64,000 nt of DNA, taken from Candidatus Kaiserbacteria bacterium RIFCSPHIGHO2_01_FULL_58_22 (lineage in GTDB: Bacteria; Patescibacteriota; Minisyncoccia; Phycocordibacterales; UBA2100). The notes beneath the pieces are model-generated. The model did not search any database. It saw only the letters and a list, made by a program, of their open reading frames with translations, and had not been told where the DNA came from. A program made the position numbers and the translations under genes. This document shows, in pieces, positions 7,724 through 16,814 of the stretch. The stretch lies in assembly GCA_001781445.1 (NCBI GenBank), contig MFLB01000034.1, forward strand, positions 17,793 to 81,792, read 5' to 3'. Numbering within the stretch: position 1 is the stretch's first letter; each line of letters begins with the position of its first letter.

Positions 7724-8047
7724 ATGAAACTCGGCATAATCTTACAATCCAACAAGCCGGAACACGCGTGGAATACGTTCCGCCTTGGCATCGCCGCGCT
7801 TAAAGCCGATCATCACGCGGAGATTTTCCTGATGAGCGAGGGGTCGGAGCTGGACGACATCCCGGACAGCGAAGACTTTGACGTTTCCGCGAAAGTCGCG
7901 GAATTCAAGGAACTGAAAGGCGCGATATACGCGTGCGGCTCGTGTCTGAAAGTGCGCGGCAGGGAAAGCGGGACGTGTCCGGTCTCCACGATGTCCGACT
8001 TGCTCGCCATGGTCGAAAGTTCGGACAAAGTGCTGGTTTTCGGATAG
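7724..8047 (+). CDS. DsrE/DsrF-like family protein
   Basis: 107-aa ORF (MKLGIILQSNKPEHAWNTFRLGIAAL...IYACGSCLKVRG) resembling the DsrE/YchN-like fold. Confidence 0.6.
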   Translation: MKLGIILQSNKPEHAWNTFRLGIAALKADHHAEIFLMSEGSELDDIPDSEDFDVSAKVAEFKELKGAIYACGSCLKVRGRESGTCPVSTMSDLLAMVESSDKVLVFG

Positions 8048-8139
8048 TCGCACGAGTGATGTTCGACCCGCGAGGCCGAACGCACCCCGTGAAATAGGGA
8101 TAAGCGCGGTCGCATGACCGGATATGCGCGGCACGGCGA

Positions 8140-8167
8140 TTGACAGGATACCCCCTGGGGGTATCAT
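8140..8167 (+). promoter_or_regulatory. promoter TTGACA-16-TATCAT with an embedded perfect 19-bp palindrome GATACCCCC-T-GGGGGTATC (8147-8165; CsoR/RcnR-type operator)
   Basis: Read directly from the sequence. The palindrome fills the spacer. The ATG of the ATPase gene is at 8174, which would give a leaderless or near-leaderless transcript. Confidence 0.6.
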
Positions 8168-8173
8168 GGAAAT

Positions 8174-10345
8174 ATGAATCCGGGCACTCCCCATAGCGGC
8201 GAGCCGATGGACTGTTGTCACTCGGAAGCAGAGTCTGCCGCGTCGCAAAAAACGAGCGGTGGCGTTTCGTACGCGTGCCCCATGCATCCGGAGGTCATTC
8301 GTGAAAAGCCGGGGATGTGCCCGGAGTGCGGGATGGCACTGCTTCCGCAGAAGCACGAAACCCGAAGCACGAGGCCCGAAACCGGGAGAAGCGCTGACGA
8401 CAGGCACGAGGGACATAAAACGTCCTCGTTCCTGAAAAAGTTCTGGGTTGTCTCGGTCCTGACGGTGCCCATCGTCGCGTATTCCGATTTGCCGGAGCTT
8501 TTCTTCGGTTGGACGGCGCCGGCATTCCCGGGTTCCGAATATCTTCAGCTTGTACTCGGGTCCTTTGTTTTCTTTTACGGCGGGCTCGTGTTCCTGCGAG
8601 GCGCTGTGAGCGAACTTCGCGCGCGGCTCCCCGGAATGATGACGCTTATCGGGCTCGCGATAAGCGCCGCATACATATGGAGCGCGTACGCGGTCTTCGC
8701 GGGCGAAGAGCCGTTGTTCTGGGAGCTCGCGACCTTGATCGGCGTGATGCTTCTCGGTCACTGGGTCGAGATGCGCGCGGTGCGAAGCGCGAAGGGCGCA
8801 CTGCGCGAGCTTGCGAAGCTTCTCCCCGACAGCGTGGAAGTAGTGCGCGACGGCACGACGCGAACGGTGTCGCTTGCGGAGCTTCTAGAAGGCGACGTCG
8901 CTCTCGTGCGGCCGGGCGGGAAGATCCCGGCGGACGGCGTTGTGGGTGGGGGGGAGTCAGACGTGGACGAATCGCTCGTGACGGGCGAGTCGCGCCCGGT
9001 CGCAAAGCGCGCGGGTTCGGAAGTCATCGGCGGCTCGGTCAACGGCGACGGCGCGCTCCGCATCCGCATCGCAAAAGTCGGCGAGCGCACCTTTCTCGCG
9101 GGCGTCGTGCGCCTCGTTGCCGAAGCCGAGGCCTCGAAATCGCGCCTCCAGCTTCTCTCCGATCGCGCGGCGTTTTATCTCACCGTTCTCGCCGTCGGCG
9201 CGGGAGCCATCACGTTTGTCGCGTGGCTCGGCGTCGGAGAGAGCGTCGGCTTCTCGGTGGAGCGGCTCGTTGCCGTTCTTATCATCGCGTGTCCTCACGC
9301 GCTCGGCCTCGCGATACCGCTCGTCGCGTCGATTTCAACCACGATGGCCTCGCAACACGGCTTTTTTGTGAAGCGGCGGCTCGCGCTCGAAGCGGCGCGC
9401 AACGTGACAACGGTGCTTTTCGACAAGACGGGCACGCTCACCGAGGGGCGCTTCGGCGTCGTCGAGGTGCTCGGCGGCAATGAAACGCTCGCGCTCGCCG
9501 CCGCGGCCGACGCGAATTCCGAGCACCCCATCGGCCGCGCGATCGTCGCACATGCGAAGGAGAAGGGCGTCGCAATACGGCCCGTGTCGTCGTTCAGAAA
9601 TCTGCGCGGCATGGGCGTGCGGGTCACGCTCGACGCGGCGGAAGTATACGCGGGTTCATCAACGCTACTCGAAGAGCGCGGCGCCTCGGTGCCGCGCGAG
9701 CTCGAGGAAGCGGTGCGGATGCACGAGCGGGAGGGGAAGACCGTCGTTCATGTCATACGGAGAGGGGAGTGGGTGGGCGCTGTGGCGCTCGCAGATATCA
9801 TTCGCAACGGATCGCGCGAGGCCGTCGGCGCGCTCAAAGCGATGGGTCTCAAGGTGGCGATGCTCACGGGTGATGCGGAGGATGTTGCCGCATGGGTCTC
9901 GAAAGAGCTCGGCGTCGAGGAGTATTTCGCGCGCGTGCGCCCGGAGAAGAAAGCAGAGACCGTCAAAAAGCTCCGTCGGCGGGGCGAGCGCGTCGCGATG
10001 GTCGGGGACGGGGTGAACGACGCACCCGCGCTCGCGGAAGCCGATCTCGGCATTGCCGTCGGGGCCGGCACGAACGTCGCCATCGAATCGGCCGGCATCA
10101 TTTTGGTGCGCAACGATCCGCGCGACATCCCGAAGGTCGTCAAGCTCTCCCGGCTCACCTATACGAAGATGCTCCAGAACCTCTTTTGGGCGACGGGCTA
10201 CAATGTGGCGGCGCTCCCTTTGGCCGCGGGCGCGTTATTCGCCTATGGCATCGTCCTTCAGCCCGCCGTCGCCGCCGTCTTTATGTCCGCCTCCACCGTC
10301 ATCGTCGCCGCGAACGCCGCTCTCCTGCGCCACCGCACGCTGTGA
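8174..10345 (+). CDS. heavy-metal (copper) translocating P1B-type ATPase, CPH subtype, with N-terminal CPMHPE...CPECGM heavy-metal-binding domain
   Basis: Contains DKTGTLT, the transmembrane CPH motif (IIACPHALGLAIP), GDGVNDAPAL, and an N-terminal YACPMHPEV...PGMCPECGMAL domain. 723 aa. Confidence 0.9.
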   Translation: MNPGTPHSGEPMDCCHSEAESAASQKTSGGVSYACPMHPEVIREKPGMCPECGMALLPQKHETRSTRPETGRSADDRHEGHKTSSFLKKFWVVSVLTVPIVAYSDLPELFFGWTAPAFPGSEYLQLVLGSFVFFYGGLVFLRGAVSELRARLPGMMTLIGLAISAAYIWSAYAVFAGEEPLFWELATLIGVMLLGHWVEMRAVRSAKGALRELAKLLPDSVEVVRDGTTRTVSLAELLEGDVALVRPGGKIPADGVVGGGESDVDESLVTGESRPVAKRAGSEVIGGSVNGDGALRIRIAKVGERTFLAGVVRLVAEAEASKSRLQLLSDRAAFYLTVLAVGAGAITFVAWLGVGESVGFSVERLVAVLIIACPHALGLAIPLVASISTTMASQHGFFVKRRLALEAARNVTTVLFDKTGTLTEGRFGVVEVLGGNETLALAAAADANSEHPIGRAIVAHAKEKGVAIRPVSSFRNLRGMGVRVTLDAAEVYAGSSTLLEERGASVPRELEEAVRMHEREGKTVVHVIRRGEWVGAVALADIIRNGSREAVGALKAMGLKVAMLTGDAEDVAAWVSKELGVEEYFARVRPEKKAETVKKLRRRGERVAMVGDGVNDAPALAEADLGIAVGAGTNVAIESAGIILVRNDPRDIPKVVKLSRLTYTKMLQNLFWATGYNVAALPLAAGALFAYGIVLQPAVAAVFMSASTVIVAANAALLRHRTL

Positions 10346-10352
10346 AAATCGC

Positions 10353-10394
10353 ATATAACGCCAGCTCACGCGGCCGCGTGAGCTGGCGTTATAT
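10353..10394. terminator. 42-bp perfect palindrome (atataacgccagctcacgcggccgcgtgagctggcgttatat) downstream of the ATPase gene; likely bidirectional terminator hairpin
   Basis: Stem of about 19 bp read from the sequence. Flanking ATAT but no long T-run. Confidence 0.4.
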
Positions 10395-10458
10395 GTTCAT
10401 GGAGGCCCGCAGATATTCGACATGAGCCGATCATTCGTTTTGCGGGTATACTTGCGCT

Positions 10459-11052
10459 GTGGCAAGAACGGAATCACGCATACAGCTGAAGCAGGGAGAT
10501 GCCGCGCCGGCGTTTGCATTGCCCGGCATTGACGGACGCACGCACTCGCTCGCCGACTTCGGCGGAAAAGAAGGGCTCCTCGCGCTTTTTATGTGCAACC
10601 ACTGTCCGTACGTGAAAGCGCGGATGGAAGAGGTCGTCGCGCTTCACGAGGAGTTCGGGGAAACAATCGCGTTCGTCGGCATCAATTCGAGCGATCCCGA
10701 GTATCCGGGCGAGGGGATGGAGAACATGAAAAGATTCGCGAAGGAGTGGGGGATGGCGTTCCCGTATCTTCTGGATGAGGACGGCGCGGCGGCGAAAGCC
10801 TACGGCGCCACCTGCACGCCCGACCCGTTCCTCTTTGCCTCCGCTACTCGCGGCGGTGCCCCGAGCGAGCAAAGCGAGTCGAAAGGCGACTTTCGGCTCG
10901 TCTTCCACGGGCGCATCTCCGACGCGCTCGAGCCGGAAGACGCGCCGCAGGAATTCACGATGCGCGGCAATATGCAAAAGCTCCTCGCCGGAGAGCCTAT
11001 CGCACAGTGGTTCGAGCCCTCGCTCGGCTGTTCCATCAAATTCAAGATATAA
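10459..11052 (+). CDS. thioredoxin-fold redoxin (AhpC/TSA/TlpA-like, CxxC = CNHC)
   Basis: GKEGLLALFMCNHCPYV motif in the typical redoxin position. 197 aa. Confidence 0.65.
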   Translation: MARTESRIQLKQGDAAPAFALPGIDGRTHSLADFGGKEGLLALFMCNHCPYVKARMEEVVALHEEFGETIAFVGINSSDPEYPGEGMENMKRFAKEWGMAFPYLLDEDGAAAKAYGATCTPDPFLFASATRGGAPSEQSESKGDFRLVFHGRISDALEPEDAPQEFTMRGNMQKLLAGEPIAQWFEPSLGCSIKFKI

Positions 11053-11058
11053 AAGAAC

Positions 11059-11448
11059 ATGGCAATGTCTTTGGCGCAAAGGATGAAAGAGGCGGCGCGG
11101 CGCGCGGAGCGGAACATCCTCGTGCTCTATTTGGCGCGGAAGGATCCCCGCATCTCGCTTCTCGCCAAAATTTTTATCGTCATCGTCGTCGGCTACGCGC
11201 TCTCGCCGATAGATCTCATTCCCGATTTTATACCGGTTCTGGGCTACCTCGACGACCTCATCCTCCTGCCTATCGGCATTTATGTCTGCACGTTGCTCAT
11301 CCCGGAAGACATCCTCGAAGAGCTTCGCGCGAAGTCCGAACAGTTGAAGGACCTCGAACAAAGCATCGTCGGCGCGGCGATAGTCGTCGGCCTGTGGGTA
11401 ACCGTGATATTCATCATCGGCCTGTACCTCGTCAATTTCGCCGAATAG
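11059..11448 (+). CDS. DUF1232 (YkvA-like) membrane protein
   Basis: The DLIPDFIPVLGYLDDLILLPIGI signature is typical of DUF1232. Confidence 0.7.
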   Translation: MAMSLAQRMKEAARRAERNILVLYLARKDPRISLLAKIFIVIVVGYALSPIDLIPDFIPVLGYLDDLILLPIGIYVCTLLIPEDILEELRAKSEQLKDLEQSIVGAAIVVGLWVTVIFIIGLYLVNFAE

Positions 11449-11476
11449 CAAGAAGCGCTAAGACAAGGTTGACACT

Positions 11477-11505
11477 TTGACAAAATGTTTCGGAATTGAT
11501 AGGAT
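11477..11505 (+). promoter_or_regulatory. putative promoter TTGACA-17-TAGGAT upstream of the aspartokinase gene
   Basis: -35 at 11477-11482, -10 at 11500-11505, 12 nt before the ATG at 11518. Confidence 0.45.
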
Positions 11506-11517
11506 AGCCCCTTAAAT

Positions 11518-13989
11518 ATGGCTCAAAAAGGCGTCAAAGTCTTGAAATTCGGCGGGACTTCCATGGGAAGCGCCGAGGCGATGAATCAGGTCATCGCCAT
11601 CGTGCGAAAACCCCGGCGCGATGCGCGCATCGCCGCAGTCGTCGTTTCGGCGATGAGCGGCGTTACCGACGAGCTTATCAAGACGGTGCATGCCGCCGCG
11701 CTCGCCGACGGCTCTCACAAGCCGCTCCTGAAACACATCGAGCGGCGCCACCTCGCCGCCGTCGCGCAACTCGTCGGCCGAAAAAACAGGAAGAAGGCGG
11801 TCGCGAGCGTCCGCGCCTTGCTCGAACATCTTAAAGAGGTCGTGACGGGTGTGAGCCTGATACGACAATTCTCTCCCGGCGCTCTCGATTACGTCATGAG
11901 CTACGGCGAGCGCCTCTCGGCGCACGTCCTGTGCGACGCGCTCAATGATCGTGGCGTTTTGTGCGAGTATCTAAACGCGCGGAGCGTGGTCATTACCGAT
12001 GAAAATTTCGGCGAAGCGGCGGTGGATCTCGCGCGCACCAACCGGGCGATACGCGCCCGCTTCAAAGCTCATCCGAAACTGCAGATCGTTACGGGCTTCA
12101 TCGGCGCGTCGGCCGACAAAAAGACGACGACGCTGGGCAGAGGCGGGAGCGACTACACCGCCTCCATTTTCGGCGCGGCGCTCGGCGCGAAGGTGATAGA
12201 AATATGGACGGACGTCTCGGGGGTGATGACCGCCGATCCGCGAAAGGTGGAAGACGCGAAAGCGATTGCGGAAATGACGTACCAGGAAGCCGTCGAAATG
12301 TCCTACTTCGGCGCGAAGGTGATTCATCCGCCGACGATGCGCCCCGCGCAGGAAAAAGGGATTCCCATCGCCATCAAAAACACGTTCGCGCCCGAGGCGC
12401 CGGGCACCATGATCGCGCGCGCGGCGCGCAAGACCGACGACCTCGTGCGGGGCATTTCTTCTTTCGGCGGCATCGCGATGGTCCAAGTGCAGGGCGGCGG
12501 CATGCTCCGCACGCGCGGGGCTTCGGGCCGACTCTTCGGCGCCTTGGCGCGCGCGCGGGTCAACGTGCTCCTAATCACCCAGGCCTCTTCGCAAAACTCG
12601 ATCTCGTTTGCCGTTCGGGAGAAGGACGTGGCGCGCGCGCGCGAGGCGATCGAGGAAGAATTCGCGGCGGAACGCTCGGCCCGCCTCATCGACGATATCG
12701 GCGTTACGCGCGGTCTTTCCATTATCGCGATCGTGGGCGAGGGCATGCGCCACCGCGCCGGCATCTCGGCCCGCCTTTTCGGAACGCTCGGCCGCAACGG
12801 CGTCAACATCGTCGCCATCGCGCAGGGCTCCTCGGAGCTGAACATCTCCGTCGTCGTCGCGGCGAGCGACGAAACGAAAGCCCTGAACGCCGTCCACACC
12901 GGATTTTTCTTCCCGGAAACGAAACCCATCCACCTGTTTTTGCTCGGCACCGGTCTCATCGGCTCGACGCTCCTCTCGCAGGTCTCGCGGCAAAGGGCGG
13001 TCTTGAAGCGCGAGCAGGGCTTCGACATCCGGCTCGCGGGGATCGGCAACAGCGAGCGTATGCTCTTCGATCGCGGCGACATCGCGCCCGAGAAATGGAA
13101 GGAGCGGCTCGAACGCTCGAAGACCCGCATGAACCTCGCCGCGTTCATCGAGACGATGAAGCGCGCGCCGCTTCCCGGCCGCGTCTTCGTCGATTGCACG
13201 GCTTCGGAGGAGGTCGCCCGCGCGTACGCCGAAATACTTGCCGCGCACATTTCCGTCGTCACGCCCAACAAGCGCGCGAACTCGGGCCCGTACTCCTATT
13301 TCAAGAAGCTCGCCGAACTCGCCAAGGAGCCCGGCGTCTCGTTCCTCTACGAAACCAACGCCTGCGCGGCGCTCCCCATCATCAGCATGATCGACGATCT
13401 CATCTTGAGCGGTGATCGCATTACGAAGATCGAAGGTATTCTCTCGGGTACCATGAGCTACATCTTCAATCAGTTCGCGGCCGCGAAAACGTTCAGCGAA
13501 TCCGTCGCGGAGGCCAAGCGCTTGGGATACACCGAACCCGATCCGCGCGACGATCTCGGCGGCATGGACGTGGCGCGCAAGATCCTCATTCTCGCGAGAA
13601 AGGCGGGTTTCCCGCTTGAGTTTTCCGATGTGAAGGTGCAGAGCCTGCTCACGCCGAAGGCCGCGCGCGCCAAAACGGTAGCCGGCTTTTTCCGGGAACT
13701 CGAAATAGAGGACGCCGCGTGGGAGCGCAGGAAGAGGGCGGCGGAGAAGCGGGGGGAGCGCCTGCGCTACATCGCGACCCTGGAGAAGGGGAAGGCGTCC
13801 GTGCGCATCCGCGCCGTGGCGCTCCCGCATCCCTTCTATGAGATGTCGGGGAGCGACAACATCGTGACGATCTCAACCGATCGGTATTCGAAGACCCCGC
13901 TTCTCATACAGGGGCCTGGGGCGGGCGGGGAGGTGACGGCGGCTGGCGTTTTCGCCGACATACTGCGGGCCGCGCGCGACGCCGCCTAA
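11518..13989 (+). CDS. thrA: bifunctional aspartokinase / homoserine dehydrogenase (ThrA-like)
   Basis: N-terminus KVLKFGGTSMGSAEAM (amino-acid kinase), two ACT-like regions, and a C-terminal HSD (LLGTGLIGSTLL Rossmann segment). 823 aa. Confidence 0.9.
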   Translation: MAQKGVKVLKFGGTSMGSAEAMNQVIAIVRKPRRDARIAAVVVSAMSGVTDELIKTVHAAALADGSHKPLLKHIERRHLAAVAQLVGRKNRKKAVASVRALLEHLKEVVTGVSLIRQFSPGALDYVMSYGERLSAHVLCDALNDRGVLCEYLNARSVVITDENFGEAAVDLARTNRAIRARFKAHPKLQIVTGFIGASADKKTTTLGRGGSDYTASIFGAALGAKVIEIWTDVSGVMTADPRKVEDAKAIAEMTYQEAVEMSYFGAKVIHPPTMRPAQEKGIPIAIKNTFAPEAPGTMIARAARKTDDLVRGISSFGGIAMVQVQGGGMLRTRGASGRLFGALARARVNVLLITQASSQNSISFAVREKDVARAREAIEEEFAAERSARLIDDIGVTRGLSIIAIVGEGMRHRAGISARLFGTLGRNGVNIVAIAQGSSELNISVVVAASDETKALNAVHTGFFFPETKPIHLFLLGTGLIGSTLLSQVSRQRAVLKREQGFDIRLAGIGNSERMLFDRGDIAPEKWKERLERSKTRMNLAAFIETMKRAPLPGRVFVDCTASEEVARAYAEILAAHISVVTPNKRANSGPYSYFKKLAELAKEPGVSFLYETNACAALPIISMIDDLILSGDRITKIEGILSGTMSYIFNQFAAAKTFSESVAEAKRLGYTEPDPRDDLGGMDVARKILILARKAGFPLEFSDVKVQSLLTPKAARAKTVAGFFRELEIEDAAWERRKRAAEKRGERLRYIATLEKGKASVRIRAVALPHPFYEMSGSDNIVTISTDRYSKTPLLIQGPGAGGEVTAAGVFADILRAARDAA

Positions 13990-14070
13990 CGAAAAAGCGC
14001 GAAGCACGAAATCCGAAGCACGAAATGAATTCGTTTTCGCGATTTTTGTCCAGAATGATAAGATGATCCC

Positions 14071-15165
14071 ATGAGCAAGAAAATACCAGTCGGGATACTC
14101 GGCGCGACCGGCATGGTCGGCCAGCAGTACATACGGCTTTTGGAAAACCACCCGTGGTTCGAGGTGGCCTACGTCGCCGCTTCGCCGCAGTCCGCCGGTA
14201 AGAAATACAAAGACGCTTTGCGGAGCGGCTGGATCGTCGCGGGAGAGTTGCCCGCGCGCGTCGGCGGGATGACCGTGGAAGACGTGAGCGACGCCGCGAA
14301 AGCCGCCAAAAAATGCGCGTTCGTTTTTTCCGCGTTCGAAATACCGGAAAAAGACCTGATCCGGAAATACGAAGAAGACTACGCCGCCGCCGGCGTACCC
14401 GTCTTTTCCAACGCCTCGGCGCACCGGGCCACCTCCGACGTGCCGATGATCATCGCCGAGATCAATCCACACCATCTGGACATCATCCCCATCCAGCAAA
14501 AACAGCGCGGATGGAAAAAAGGTTTTATCGTCGTAAAGCCGAATTGCTCTCTGCAAAGCTACCTCACGCCGATCTTCGCGCTTCAAAAAGGAGGCTATCC
14601 CGTCGAAAGAATGATAATCACGACGCTTCAGGCGACCTCGGGCGCGGGATATCCGGGCGTGGCTTCGCTCGACATGGTGGACAACGTCGTTCCCTACATC
14701 GGCGGCGAGGAAGAAAAGAGCGAACAAGAGCCGCTGAAAATCCTCGGAGAAGCGAAAGGAGGGAAATTCGTTCCGTACAAAGGCCTCGCGATTTCCGCGC
14801 ACTGCAACCGCGTACCCGTTTCCGACGGGCACCTTGCGTGCGTGAACGTGCTCTTCGGGAAAAAGAAACCGGCGCGCGAAAAAATCCTCGACATTTGGAA
14901 GAAATTTCGCGCGGAGCCGCAACGATTGGACCTCCCTTTTGCGCCCAAACAGCCGATCATCTACCGCGATGAGCAAAACCGGCCCCAGCCGAAGCGGGAT
15001 CGCGACTCCGACAAAGGCATGGCTGTTACGGTGGGGCGACTGCGGCCGGACGCCATCTTCGACTTCAAGTTCGCCGCTCTCTCGCACAACACAATCCGCG
15101 GCGCCGCCGGCGGCGGCATTCTGAACGCGGAGTTGGCCTACAAAAAGGGCTTTCTTAAGGCATAA
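14071..15165 (+). CDS. asd: aspartate-semialdehyde dehydrogenase
   Basis: IPVGILGATGMVGQ NAD(P)-binding N-terminus and the KPNCS active-site region. 364 aa. Confidence 0.9.
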   Translation: MSKKIPVGILGATGMVGQQYIRLLENHPWFEVAYVAASPQSAGKKYKDALRSGWIVAGELPARVGGMTVEDVSDAAKAAKKCAFVFSAFEIPEKDLIRKYEEDYAAAGVPVFSNASAHRATSDVPMIIAEINPHHLDIIPIQQKQRGWKKGFIVVKPNCSLQSYLTPIFALQKGGYPVERMIITTLQATSGAGYPGVASLDMVDNVVPYIGGEEEKSEQEPLKILGEAKGGKFVPYKGLAISAHCNRVPVSDGHLACVNVLFGKKKPAREKILDIWKKFRAEPQRLDLPFAPKQPIIYRDEQNRPQPKRDRDSDKGMAVTVGRLRPDAIFDFKFAALSHNTIRGAAGGGILNAELAYKKGFLKA

Positions 15166-15223
15166 AACGGCTTCTCCCACCTCCTCCCGCACCGACCGGG
15201 AAACGTACGCTACAATACTTATT

Positions 15224-16771
15224 ATGCTTTCAGAGTCCATACGGGAGCTGATAGGGAAGATCGAGGCCACCGAAGAAGCCGAACGTACGGCGGCGCCGGG
15301 CCAGCAGGCGCTCGAGGGCAATACGATCGTCGCGAAGGCCGCCTCGCTCTACGAAAAACTCCGATACCTCGTGGATTATCGCGAGGAGCATACGATACGA
15401 CGCGCCGCGCTCGAGCGGATACTGAAGCGGCGCGTCTTCATCGAGCAGAAGGCCGAAAGCGGCCTCGTGCTCCTTCAGGAGCTCGTCGACGGCAAGTACA
15501 TACCGAAGGAGGCGGCGACCGAGGAGGCGGCGCGCGACATCGACACGATAGTCAATAAGTTCCTCCAGCTTTCACGCCTCGCGAGCGCGAACGGCGCCGT
15601 CGTGCGTCGGCTCATCAGCTTCGCCGCGACCGAGATCGACGCCCGGATCTCGCCGCTCGAGTACGCGACCGACCATGAAAGCGCCGAGGCGCTCTACAAG
15701 ACGCTCCGGGGCCGGGTGAGCGCGTACGGATACTCGGAGGAGGAAACGAACGCCCAGCTCTATTGCGCGTGCTGGAGGTCCCTCCTCGGCGCCGACGACG
15801 ACCGTCTCGCCCATGCGCTCTGGCTCCTCTATGTGCCCGGGTGGCGCGCGGGGAGCGCGGATCTGCAGGAGGTGGCGGGAAAGCTTCCCGCGCTCGTCGC
15901 CAACATCCGCGACACGGTGCGCGGCTCGCTCCAGTGGCAGATCGCGCCGAAGATAAAGAACGAGAGCATCTACTTCCGAATCATCCGCGAGGCGTTCGCC
16001 TCCAAGCGCGGCGCGGCCGGGCGCATTTTGGAAAATCCGACCCAGCTGGACCAGTTCACGAGGGACTTTCTCGAAAAGACGTACGAACAGGAGAAAGAGC
16101 GGATACAAAAAAGCGGCATCCGCGCCGTCGTCTATCTTTTCGTCACGAAGATGGCCGTCGCGCTCGTCGCCGAGCTTCCGTATGAGATCTTCGTCCTCGG
16201 GGGGGTCCACTACGTGCCGCTCACTATCAACATCCTTTTTCATCCGGCCCTGCTCTTCGCCCTCACGCGCAACGCTGGCGCTCTCGGCGAAGCGAACACG
16301 AACGCGATCGTCGAAGGCATCCACGGCGTTCTTTACGAGGGAAAGGCGCGGAGCGTGCGCGTGCGGAGCGGCTATTCGCGCTTCACGCTCGCGTTCGCGC
16401 TCGCATACCTCTTTCTCTTTATCACCGTGTTCGGCAGTGTCATCGGATTTCTCGAGTTGCTTTCCTTCAATCCCGTTTCCATCACGCTCTTCCTCTTTTT
16501 CCTCGCGCTCGTCTCCTACTTCGCGTTCCGCATCCGCTATCGCGCGCGCCGCTGGAAGGTGGTCCGCGAAGAGGGTACGCTCTCCATCATCGCGGGCGTA
16601 CTCGCGGTGCCGATCGTGCGCGCCGGCGAATGGCTCTCGCGCACATTCTCCTCCATCAATGTCTTCGTCATGATAATGGATTTCATCATCGAGACGCCCT
16701 TCAAGCGGCTCCTTAATTTCTCAAATCAATTCCTGCTGTATCTCCGAGAAAAAGGTGAAGAAATCAGGTAA
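15224..16771 (+). CDS. hypothetical protein with C-terminal multi-TM region
   Basis: 515-aa ORF with consistent codon usage. No family recognised. Confidence 0.5.
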   Translation: MLSESIRELIGKIEATEEAERTAAPGQQALEGNTIVAKAASLYEKLRYLVDYREEHTIRRAALERILKRRVFIEQKAESGLVLLQELVDGKYIPKEAATEEAARDIDTIVNKFLQLSRLASANGAVVRRLISFAATEIDARISPLEYATDHESAEALYKTLRGRVSAYGYSEEETNAQLYCACWRSLLGADDDRLAHALWLLYVPGWRAGSADLQEVAGKLPALVANIRDTVRGSLQWQIAPKIKNESIYFRIIREAFASKRGAAGRILENPTQLDQFTRDFLEKTYEQEKERIQKSGIRAVVYLFVTKMAVALVAELPYEIFVLGGVHYVPLTINILFHPALLFALTRNAGALGEANTNAIVEGIHGVLYEGKARSVRVRSGYSRFTLAFALAYLFLFITVFGSVIGFLELLSFNPVSITLFLFFLALVSYFAFRIRYRARRWKVVREEGTLSIIAGVLAVPIVRAGEWLSRTFSSINVFVMIMDFIIETPFKRLLNFSNQFLLYLREKGEEIR

Positions 16772-16814
16772 GAAGACTTGCGCATCCGAGGTAAGACGTT
16801 AGAATCCCAGGATT

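Noticed and set aside
8509-9483. 324-aa Arg-rich plus-strand ORF inside the ATPase gene (alternate frame)
   Set aside because: It is an out-of-frame overlap with a gene that has complete P-type ATPase motifs, and its composition (RRRR runs) is a GC artefact.
10474-11451. 325-aa minus-strand ORF antisense to the redoxin and DUF1232 genes
   Set aside because: It is entirely antisense to two plus-strand genes with recognisable domains. It is Arg/Asp-rich and low in complexity, as expected of high-GC frame artefacts.
12571-15321. Long minus-strand ORFs (419 aa at 12571-13830 and 482 aa at 13873-15321) opposite thrA and asd
   Set aside because: They are antisense to strongly supported biosynthetic genes and have no domain signatures. 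Their composition is Arg/Gly/Asp-biased, typical of spurious ORFs in GC-rich DNA.
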